Shown here piece by piece: positions 1 to 24,300 of a DNA stretch of 64,000 bases. The stretch is from Mytilus edulis. Taxonomy: Eukaryota. Position 1 is the stretch's first letter. Every line of letters begins with the position of its first letter. The stretch lies in contig NC_092351.1 in NCBI RefSeq assembly GCF_963676685.1, forward strand, positions 34,534,001 through 34,598,000, given 5' to 3'. The position numbers and the translations under genes were made by a program. The notes under the pieces are model-generated. The model made no database searches. It worked only from the letters and a program-made list of their open reading frames with translations, and was not told where the DNA came from.

Positions 1-983
1 ACAAAAATGCATATTAAAACAGTACTTTCAAATTTTTCATAAACAATTTTCTTTATACATTGACACATTTATATCATCTATTCCAACTTCACAATGATGT
101 TTAATTACAAATATATTATTAAGGTAGCTATAATAAGGGGTCCCTTGATCCATGCAAAGTCAAGTTTTTGGGAAATTAGTGCACTAATAAAAGATGTCCG
201 CACAAATTAGAATAAAGTTGGCATACAAATGTAAGAAACTGCTACAAAATTTGATTTAAGGTATCCTTTGGAAAATTTTCACTATTATTTCTAAATTCAG
301 TTTAACCATATTGTAAAGTATAAGTACACACTGTATACACAAAAGGTTGACTGAAAATAAAATATACAGGAGATTGGATTTCACATTTTCTCCTTACCTG
401 ATGTGGTCAGTGATTGGAATTTTGTAACAGGGACCTCATTTTCAAAATGTTTCAAAATTAATTTCTTTAAGGAATCAAATACAATGTATGTTCAAATAAA
501 AAAATAGATCTCAAATAGTTCCTGTTTGTCAGTTTGTTGGTATAAAACGCCACTTTCAGCTACCTTGGCGGTATATTAGTGATCAGAAATCATTGCTTGA
601 GGATGAAGGAGTACTCGAACAGAACCACTGTCATTTGACAAGTAACAGACAATCTATGAATGGGGTTCAAAATCACAACCCTAAAGAGTTAACACTAAAC
701 AGGCTAGTGGTCACAGTACTACTGAACTCATTTAGCTTCTGATGCACTTAAAATATTTCCTGGTTTCAAATATAGATCAAATGACAGTTTATAAATTCTT
801 AACAAATAATAAAATAACCTATTACCCATATAATAACATGGAACAGAATATACTGGGGTAGGGGAAACCTTCAACATAATCAACATAATATATCATTTAA
901 AATACATTACAATACAAGTTTGAACATGATTTCAGCAAATGATTCACATGATGGTTGGTTTCTTAAGTAGGTATTCAGTCATA

Positions 984-1191
984 CTGTGGATTCATTATTA
1001 TTCGTTGGATACCAATTTTTCGTGGATTTCGTGGGCAAAGTTGAGCCACGAGCTTAAATGTTCAACGAATATTTTTTTTCTATAGGCTTGTATGCATACT
1101 TTGGCAAAACCAAGAAATAAAATATCAACAAACATGTCAGTTTCCCTTCGTCCATCAAAATTTGTACCCATGAAAATAAATTAATCCACAG
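984..1191. mobile_element. MITE with TA TSD (Tc1/mariner-type)
   Basis: TA|CTGTGGATT..AATCCACAG|TA. Degenerate relatives at about 4272-4510 and 50460-50660. Confidence 0.7.
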
Positions 1192-1875
1192 TAAATTTTA
1201 AAATAAAATACTTCATCCGCTAATGTTTAGATTGTTGTCATTTCATTTTGTTTTGTTTTATTTTTCAAATTAACACTAATATACCCAATCTACATGTAAA
1301 TGCAGAAATTAATGAAAAAATGTAGAATTTATTAATGTGACTTAATAACTATGTATAATAAGAAAAAAATCCTGAATTTTGAATTATGCAATTTGAATCC
1401 TGTTAAAACTTTCACAATATCAAAAAGATCCCATTATTTTCTGAATTTTCACACTATATGATTAATGTAGACAAAAATTATAACCCAATTAAACAAATTT
1501 CTAGTCTTGCCATCATAAAACTATATTTTACATCATGTAACTTTGACAGAATTGCCTTTACATGATAGATACAGTATTATTAATTGAAAAATATCTAAAA
1601 TAATAGTAGAACTCTACTGAAAATAAATAATTACTACAATATCTTTTTCATTTATATTTTCGTCTGTCTCTTGTCATTTTATTGCCTTATTATGGTCATT
1701 ATCACAGTTATTTTTTACAACACAGCATTTTGTTTTTAAATTCTGAGATCTTCTCCTTGAACTGTGGGATTCCATGATTTTAAATCATATTGCACATGAG
1801 TCAATCCAAAATGCTGAAGCATTCAACATCTGGAATTTCCCTTGGATATTTTTAGATTTCATGAAGTGTTGTCCT

Positions 1876-14533
<12,658 letters not shown>

Positions 14534-15326
14534 TTTATCTACAAAAGCATGAAAAAGTATAAATGAACAGTTAGAAGCTTAGAAGAGGTTAGAAGTCAAT
14601 TAAAGGAAATGAGAAATATTAACTTACTTTTCTGATCCTCTTGTGATTATTATTTAGTATTTTTGACTGTGTTAAAGTAGTAAGGGATTGCATTTTTTAT
14701 TAGTTCATTCTATGACAATTAAATATTCATGTACAAATCTTCGTCAAAGGCCAACTTTTTTACCGTTCATCTTTAATATTATTATAAAACTAATGAACAT
14801 TTACATGATTTATGAATTATTTTTATACATTATAAATATTCTTTTGAATCAACTTGGGAAGGAACTACTTTGGACAGATCAAATAGGAATGGAACAACTT
14901 GAAATTGATCGACTTGGCACAAATAGACTTGGGGCCAGATCGACAAAAAAGCTTGGTGGTACAGGGCTAGGAACAGTTAAACAAATGGTCAGATTATTTG
15001 TTTTCATGAGTCATTTGCAATTTGTACTATGAACGCTTTTTCAATGGAAATTGTGACGTCATAATCCCGGTCCATTCTTAACCCTCTCGCTGCTGGAGGG
15101 ACACATATAACCATTTTCAAATTTATGCAAACTTCTCATCATCATGAACATTGATGTACATTTTGTATCTCTTTCAAGAAAAAGGCTGATGATTAAACAG
15201 TGCATTATTTTTTCTTCAATGGCTCCAAAATATAACGGTTATCTTTTTCTTGCGCCCACCAGTAGTGTTGAGTATTGGTAAAGTTTGACAGTTCAACGTA
15301 AAAATTATTATGTAGACTGTATATTG

Positions 15327-15711
15327 AACAGATATATCATGTTAAGGAGGGGTATTTGCGAAAAATACCAGTCGAGAGAATGTTAAATTTCACGAGCCGT
15401 AAGGCGAGGGAAATTCATTCTCAAGACTGGTATTTTTCGCAAATACCCCTCAATAACATGATATATCTGTTTAATTACACCGAATGTTAATGTACTAAAA
15501 CGCATTGATGATCGTGACGTTACAAGCGTCCAGTCGGATAGAGTATTTTTGGCAAATACCACGGCAGAGAGGGTAAAAAAGGCATATCCTTTTAGCAAAT
15601 ATGCCGGCGGCGTAAAAAATGAACAATATTCATTTGATAACAGTAAATTGGTGAAAAATACACTGGCTATTAACCAATCAAAACCCCGGATTCTTACATA
15701 AGGTGTAATTA
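15327..15711. mobile_element. Unclassified non-autonomous element with a 145-bp palindrome and short internal inverted repeats
   Basis: Palindrome at 15327-15471 centred on GCCGTAAGGC; TAATTACACC (15472) and GGTGTAATTA (15702-11). Confidence 0.6.
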
Positions 15712-16730
15712 TAATTATTATATGACGTTATATATCAAACATGTCAAATGAAGTCATTGTTGAGCATGTACATGTGACGTCACAGATGTTGAGCTGCCGT
15801 ATTTTCTTGTAAATGAAATGAAATACTACCAGCAGTAAGAGGGTAAATAGAAGGAAAACCCATAAGGTGAGGATAATATATTTTTGTTTGTGACAATAGT
15901 CAATACAAAAGTCAGGACTGTCTATTTCAAGTACAACCATTAATAATTAAAATATGATCTAATGAGAGAAAGGAAATTAAAAAAAGAAAAAGTAGATTAA
16001 ATTGCTAAATTATCAAAATCATGCAAATGATGGCATGGCAAATCTGTAATCAACAGATCAACCCCTCAAAATTTGGCATTTTTCCAAGTGTAAGGATTGT
16101 TTATCAACAATCAAACACTTCTCCCTCTCAGACAAAAATAGTCCATTTCATGCAAAACTTACCAAAACTCTGCTTGTCAAACGTATGCAAATGGAAAATC
16201 GAACTATAATAAATTTCGTCACTCCAGCCACGTCGATTTGTTTTGCATTTTTTTAAGCTTTCGGGTCATTGAGCAACTTGAAATAAATAGGAGCTAACTG
16301 TCATTTTAAAACGCATGAGAAACTTAGATGGAAGTGCATGGATTTGAGTTTTCGGAGTTTTCCATAGACAATAAGAAGAAACCCGAGAGCGAAGGCTATT
16401 TGATTGTTTACAAATTTATAAATTAATATTATTGAGGATACTTTAAAGAACAATGGCAGAGGTTACAAGAATACGACAAATTAAGAATGAATCCAGCTCT
16501 TTCCCTTTTAAGTGTCTTCTTTGTAAATCGTAAAGACACAATAAACCCCCCCTTTTCTCTTTATATTCATGGTCCTACTACTGGTGCTTTTGCTTAGATA
16601 ATGTGATGTTCCAAAGCATAGAACTATACTTCACAATGTCCCATGACACGTATCCCACCTGAATGACCAATTAAACCTAGCAGTTTATTAAAAATTGGAA
16701 TTTCGATGATGGAAAACTTTCAGAAATAGA

Positions 16731-17387
16731 CAGTCAGAGCTCAGACATGAATAAGTCTGAATCTGCTTTTGACTCATAGAGGTCTAGATTTGTAAGTTTT
16801 AGGATTAGTCTCCCTTTAATGCAAGACAAAATATGACTTTAATAAGTCAAATATTGTTAAGCAAGAAATAACTGTACAGAATCAAAAAGTTGCAAATATC
16901 GACTCCTACAAGTCGATAAGTGATCAAAATTGGTTAGCTTAAAGACCCACGCAAATTTATAAGGAGGTCATGCATCTAAATCAAATAATGACAACATTCA
17001 AAGACAATGCTTTGTCTTCTAAGGAAAAATATGAATGAGAGTCTAAAAAATCGGAGATAATGTTAATTAACCTTACAATGCAACCACCTGGAACTACACT
17101 TAATGAGGAAAAACATCTGTGTTTAGTAAGGATGTTCAATAAGACAATTACATATAGATAGCTCAAGTCCTTGTGAACACTCAGACAGGTTTTTGCTGTC
17201 ATAGGTTGTGTAGTTTGGCCACCAAGTGAAATTAGTTTTTTCATCAACATAAATAGACCTAAACAAGTCTGTCATTTTATGGCTTAGATAAGTCTAAAAT
17301 TGAAAACACATTTTTATGATAAATACATGTTTTGACTTCTTTAAGTCAAAAACAAAAATAGACTTGTTTATGTCTGAGCTCTGACTG
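16731..17387. mobile_element. MITE with 5-bp TSD (hAT5-like)
   Basis: TIR CAGTCAGAGCTCAGACAT / ATGTCTGAGCTCTGACTG; TSD ATAGA. Confidence 0.8.
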
Positions 17388-17392
17388 ATAGA

Positions 17393-17486
17393 CACAGGCA
17401 CTTGTTTCTATCCATTGGAAGACCCTCTATCCAAGTAAATATACGTGGATAGAGGGTCTTCCAATTGAAAGAAACAAGTGCCTGTG
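17393..17486. mobile_element. 94-bp fold-back MITE with 8-bp TSD
   Basis: Near-perfect palindrome CACAGGCACTTGTTTC..GAAACAAGTGCCTGTG; TSD GAAATAGA (16723-30 and 17487-94). Confidence 0.75.
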
Positions 17487-18308
17487 GAAATAGACCACTT
17501 TCGAGTTTATCCTTCACTGGAAAAAACTCGTCAATTATGCGCCCCATTATGACATCATTTATCAGATAGAGGGGATCGCCTGTATCCCTGCACTATGAAC
17601 TCTTGTGCTATGCCTATTTTGGGTGTTTTTAATTAGTTTGAGAAATGTACTAGTTTCTGGATTGTATTTTCTGTTAAGTATCTTGTAGGTCTCAATTATG
17701 TCCCCTCAGAACATTCTATATTGGCAGCTTAAGTTTCTTCAATCTTTCCGGATAACTGAATTTGTTGGATCCAGGTATCTGGCCTGTCGGCCTTTTTTGT
17801 ACATTTTTAATTTTGCCAAAGAATTTCTTTTTGAAGGGAGCCTATACTGAACTAGCATAGTCTAAGTGTGTTTTCCCTTATGTTTTATGAAGATCTTTGC
17901 ATTTAAATTTATATTCTTCTTATTGCCGCAAACATTGAGTTAGCTTTGTTTAATTTTTCCCATATATGTGTTTTTCAAAGGTTTATAGATATATTTGCTT
18001 TAATGCGAGGGATATTTCCCTGTTGTTCTAGAGAAGAAACAGTCTGTTTTCATGTTTTTTAGGGAAACAATTACCTGTGATCTAATGACTATGTATTAAT
18101 TTTCCAGAGTTCTTTAATTTAACTTCATGTACATTCATTAATTTATAGAGAATTTATTATACAAACCCTACCTTCAAGTGATGATATATCTGAGCCTTGA
18201 ATATGATATGATATACATTTTTATCATATTATCTACATCTTTTATATTAATAAGTAAATTTATATCCACATGAAAGATCATTACTTAAATGTTTATTTTT
18301 TTCTTCAG

Positions 18309-21300
18309 AAACCAACACCCGGTGATCACAGACGAAAGTGGGACAAGGATGAGTATGAAAAAATTGCTAAAGTTCGATTGGAAGAAGAAGAAAGGAAACT
18401 TCTTGAAAAAGAGTTAAAAGAGCCACCTATCAAAAGAGAACTATTAAAACCTAGAGAATATAAAGTATGTTAAACAAGGTTACATTTGATCGAAATTAAT
18501 ATATTCAGAAATAGAGAAAAAAAATCTTATGATTAAATATCTTTGTGTAAATCTGTCAAAAGGGAATATACAGTTTTAAGCCATGACAAGACATTACTAT
18601 GCAGTTGTGGAAGAAAGAGCAGATACTGAAGAGGGACTTTGAGTAAAATTCCCTGGGATAATGGTTTATAAAACCAAATATATAAACACCAGTCTTTTTT
18701 TTGTCAGTCAAAATAGACTGCTAAATAAAACTGATTAATTTATATAAATATTTAAGCAGCATCTTTATTAAGTGCCAAGCCACTCTGCCTAAGAATCTGA
18801 GGCAGTGGTCAAACGTGACAAACAAAAACCCGGCTCAACTTGACATTAATTTAAGATCAAAACGTACATATATAACCATGGTAACAGTGCATGCATATTA
18901 CATTTGTTTCCTGTAATTCAAGATATAATTTGGTTAAAATGCACTGGAAATTAACAACTAAGGGGAGATAACTCCATAATTTGCTTTCATTCTTTACCAA
19001 AAGTTATCTAGAGATTTCTCAAAATAATAGACACACAGAAACAAAACAATCTACCATTTATAACTCCATGAACTCAGGATAAGGGAAACTTCATAATAGG
19101 ATGGGTAGGTTGGTAAGGTTTTTTTCTGTCTTGTTTTGAAAATTGTCTAAATTGCCTGATTATTACAAAGACTGGCACTTAAACATTTGTGTAGAATAGG
19201 TTGTAACATTTACAATTACTAAGATGTGACTTAGCACACATCTATTTACAAACTGACAAGTAAGTGTCGCTTTGTCTTCATATACATGTATAAGATCGTA
19301 TGTTAAATTTTTATAGCTGTTCTAATTACTGTATCTGTTGTTCTTGTTTTAGGTTGATCTCGATTCTAAATTAGGAAAATCTCAGGTTATCACAAAGCAA
19401 ACACCTCAGTCAGGACAAGGAGGGTAAGATAACATTTTATTTATCTATTATTAGTCTAAGATTTTAGAGTAGATGTTTAATTATGTAAGGAGGGGCCTAG
19501 TGGTCAAAGTAGTTCATCTACATAAATCACTAGCTTGTCTACACTGAAGTAGTGAGTTCCAAAACCACCCAGGGTAGGTTTGTTTTACTCCTATCTGGAT
19601 TGACAAGGATTGCCATTTTCCTGCTAAAGATTGGTGATTTTTCTCTGCATACTTCAGCCTCCTCGACCAATAAAAACTGACTGTAACGACATACTGAGTG
19701 CAATGCCAACAATCAACGGTGAACCAATCAATTTATTGTTTGGAATATGAACTCATGACATGTACCTTATTGAGAACTATATTATCAGTTGAAATGATAT
19801 CAATTACATTTATATTCAAGTAGAAATAAGTAGATGTGGTATTAGAACCAATGAATTAACTCTCCATCCAAGTCAAAAGTTTAAAAAGTAAACCATTGTG
19901 GGTCAAAGTACAGCCTTCAACATGGAGCTTTGGCTCACACTGAAAACAAGAAGCTATAAAGGACCCCAGAATTGACTAGTGTAAAACAAGTTAAACAGGA
20001 AAACCAACAGTCTAAACTATCTTAAAAAAAACAGAAATGAGAAACACTTATGAACCACATTAACAATCCACAAACCCTGAACAATAGTTTCCTGACTTTT
20101 GGACATTTGCAAACAAATGTGGTTTTAAACGTTTTAACAGGCACCAACTAAAATATATTGAAATTAGAGAAATTGTATGTTCGAAAAATAAATTACAACA
20201 TGATACATGATACTATATCACTTACAAAAAATTAATGGTATAGGTCAAAATTTGTATCCTTAAAATCAATAGAGAACTTGTACATATTATTTTATTCTCG
20301 TTCACCATAACACAAGTCTTAACATAGTTTTGTACAGATGAAGCCAAAATCAATCTCTGTGTAATGTCATAAACATAAATTAAAATAACATCATAGAATA
20401 AAACAGAGATGGAAAGTTATTATTTTTTTAATATTTTGATGATTCTAAATTCATTAGAATAGATTTCCTTCACCTTGTCTGTCCCATTGTTAAGTTTCTG
20501 ATGCTGCATTACCTTAGATTGACTGTAATATTTTTTGTTATTTCAGGTATTATTGCAATGTCTGTGATTGTGTTGTTAAAGACTCTATTAATTTCCTTGA
20601 TCACATTAATGGAAAGAAACGTAAGTTTGTATATAAATTTTTCTCCTTTGCTCTCAAACAAAAAATATTCAGGAGCCAGTTGTGAATAAGATAAACAGCT
20701 AGTATTTTTAGCATTTTCAAAATGTTAGAGATTTTTCTGCAAATAAATGGAATTCATTGCAAGGTTTACCAAATTATATTTTTTTTATCCTCAGATTTTG
20801 AATACTGTGGATTTATTATATTTTTTGTGTTTATCAATTTTCTTGGATTTAGGTCTTTGATGTGCATTTTTCTTGATATTTGATTTCCTGATTTTGACAA
20901 AGTCTACATTCAAGTCAATAGATATTTGTAATTTGATGAGCATTAAAATTTTTGGGTTAATGTTTTCAAATGTCAATACAGAGTTATGACACATTCAATA
21001 CGGTTGCTGCCTTTTATAATTTTATATCTGAAATTTGTACTAGCTGATGTTTTTATTGTTTTTTTTTGTATTTAAGATCAAAGAAATTTGGGAATGTCAA
21101 TGAAAATAGAAAGGTCAACATTAGATCAAGTGAAGAAAAGATTTGAAAGTAATATGAAGAAAAAAGAAGAAAAGAAAAAAGAATATGATTTTGAGGAGAG
21201 AATTAAAGAATTACAAGAAGAGGTACGTAACTAACACTTCATCATGTATCAAAGATTTAACCACCTTCAGAGAGTCGACAGTTTAAAATTGTGTTTCTTT

Positions 21301-24300
21301 CCAGTTGACAGACTTTTCAGTTTTTCAAGATTGAACTTTTTTGATGATCAGCATGCACTGTTCTAGTTGACTGACTTTTCCTATACAACAAATTAAGTTT
21401 CACAATTAAGCAACACTAAAGACCCATGTGCACAGTGCTGCCAAATATGTTCCTTGTACACTTCACCTTACATATGAATTCCTAGATATGTATGTTCTAA
21501 ATTTTGTGTGCTTTCTGACTTGAAGAAATATATATATTTGCTGACCATGCAAAGAGGGTGGTAAAGGGGGATGCTTGCGAGAAAAAAAACGTGAAATAAG
21601 ACATAATTTCACGTTGAACGTGAAATAATTTCTGTAATGAATATTGCATGAAAAATAAATACTTTTATGTGAACCTTTTGTGACGGAGTCACTGTCTTCT
21701 TGTATATATTGACTCTTTGTTTTACTTGATATTCCCGATTTAGTATACACATTTATGATATAATTGGTTTACGGCTTTTAAAAAAGTATTTCTTGGCGAT
21801 CCCTGCCAAGTGTTTGAATTTAATTTGAAAAATACCGGGCACGCAAAATAAGACTTTGAAAATCACGATGCACATAAAATTAAATAAGCAGAACACGTTG
21901 AACGAGGCACCCGTCTTGCACGACTGAACGTCAAATAAAAAAGTAAAACACGTTGAACGTGAAATAAAAAACGGCTATCGTGTTGCACGAAAATAACCCT
22001 TTACCACCCTCTGCAAAGGACAGGGCTCTTACAAATAAAGTTCTTTTGATAATTGGCTCCATAACATATTTAAGCATTAAAAATATATGTAGGACTCGGA
22101 GGTGCGATGGTACTCCGAACCGCGATGGTCACGCTGAAGTGCGATGGTCCACGCTGAAGTGCGATGGTTAACACGCCGAAGTGCGATGGTCACATTGTGA
22201 CGTTAACTTGTTGATAGCTACGCTGAAGTGCGATGGTGGTTACTCTGAAGTGCAATGGTCCACGCTGAAGTGCGATGGTTAACACGCCGAAGTGCGATGG
22301 TCACATTGTGACGTTAACTTGTTCATAGCTACGCTGAAGTGCGATGGTTGTTATGCTGAAGTGCAATGGTGGTTAACTCTAAAGTGCGATAGTCACATTT
22401 TGAAGATAAATTATACGCTGAAGAATGCCTGTAACAATGATTAAAAAGCTAAATATATTTTTATATAAATACACAACTGTAGGGTTTTCCGTTTAAATGG
22501 TTTAACACTAGTTATTGCTGTTTTATGTGAACCTAGGCTCTGTGTTGAAGGCCGTATTATAACTTGAAATGGTTTACTTTTACAAATTGCAGCTTGGATG
22601 GACAGTTTTGTCATTCGCACTCATACCACATCTTCTTATATTTATGAACTTCTTCAATAAAATAAAGATTTTAGCAATGTGGCTATCGGTAGGTAGAAAA
22701 AAATAAAACAATTTCAATTTAAAAATGCATAGATTCATACAATATGCAATGAATGAATATTTAATACAGCAAATTAGGACGAATTAAGTATTTTGATAAA
22801 CAGTGGATTTTATTGTTCTCAAGGTCTTTAACTGTGTACACTCTCCCTTTAGAATCATCCATCTGAATGTCCATTACTATCCCCTTCCTCCAATACCCTG
22901 ACAGAAATACATTTGTTCCTGCGCTAAGTGCTGAATTTGGTCTAAAATCTATTGTGTCATTAATATTTGGATTAAATGTTTGCATTTCCATCACTTGGGA
23001 CTTCCTAGGAAACAACTCAACAGGATACAAATCCCTATCCCATGCTTCTCTGTTCTGTTAAAAATAGTAACGGTACATGTACTAGTTCATATCTTTTTTG
23101 TACTTATTAATTGCTATTAAAAATGTACATTTGTATTTAATTTATTATGCTATATTTGAAATAAAATTTAAAAAAAAAATGAACATATTAAACAAACAAA
23201 TGGCTCAAGTCTATCCATATTTGATGTGAGACAAGGCTCCGTTTTGAAGGCCGTACATTGACCTATAATGGTTTACTTTTATAAATTGTTATTTGGATGT
23301 AGAGTTGTCTCATTGGCACTCACACCACATCTTCCTATATCTATATACATAATTCATTCTAATCTGTTCGTTTATAATTTATGTAATGTTTGCATTTTGT
23401 GTGAAAACAGTATTATGTATGCTTCAACTGAATAGCTACTCTGTATGTATAGTACACTATGTGAAACTCATCTTATGTGTTTGCCTTATTTAACAGACTT
23501 AAAATAATACTTTATTTTATAAAATTACCTCAGTGCAAATATTGGAATCAGAATATCTCCGTTTGTTTGAATTGGTCTGTATTGTATTGGCTAAAAATCT
23601 TTTAGCATATATTTCCCGGTAATACGGGCTTACGTCATTCTGAAAAATATTAAAAATTAATTACTAATACATATATATTATTGCACTATAAATTTCATTG
23701 TTTCGTATTCTACTAAGTGTAATGTTGAATTAAAAAAAAAGTTTGAACTTTAAAACAATGTCTATAAATAAAGCCACATTTATTTAATTCAAATTTTAAT
23801 AAATTTTTCCCATTTAGATACTGTTACAAAGATGTGCAAGTAAAAAATAGGTATTCAAGTACCTGCATCATATCAGTGTTGCGAATTATCTGTGAGTTTG
23901 TAATGTCAGTTAAAGGTGTTCCATGCATCATATCAGTGTTGCGAACCATCTGTGAGTTTGTAATGTCAGTTAAAGGTGTTCCATGCATCATATCAGTGTT
24001 GCGAACCATCTGTGAGTTTGTAGTGTCAGTTAAAGGTGTTCTATGCGTCATATCAGTGTTGCGAACCATCTGTGAGTTTGTAATGTCAGTCAAAGGTGTT
24101 CCATGCGTCATATCAGTGTTGAGAACCATCTGTGAGTTTGTAATGTCAGTCAAAGGTGTTCCATGCGTCATATCAGTGTTGCGAACCATCTGTGAGTTTG
24201 TAATGTCAGTCAAAGGTGTTCCATGCGTCATATCAGTGTTTCGAACCATCTGTGAGTTTGTAGTGTCAGTTAAAGGTGTTCTATGTGTCATATCAGTGTT

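Noticed and set aside
22095-22395. Short repeats with variable spacers resembling a CRISPR array
   Set aside because: The spacers are mostly a few bp and themselves repeated, the array is mirrored at 28150-28327, the context is eukaryotic and there are no cas genes. These are transposon subterminal repeats.
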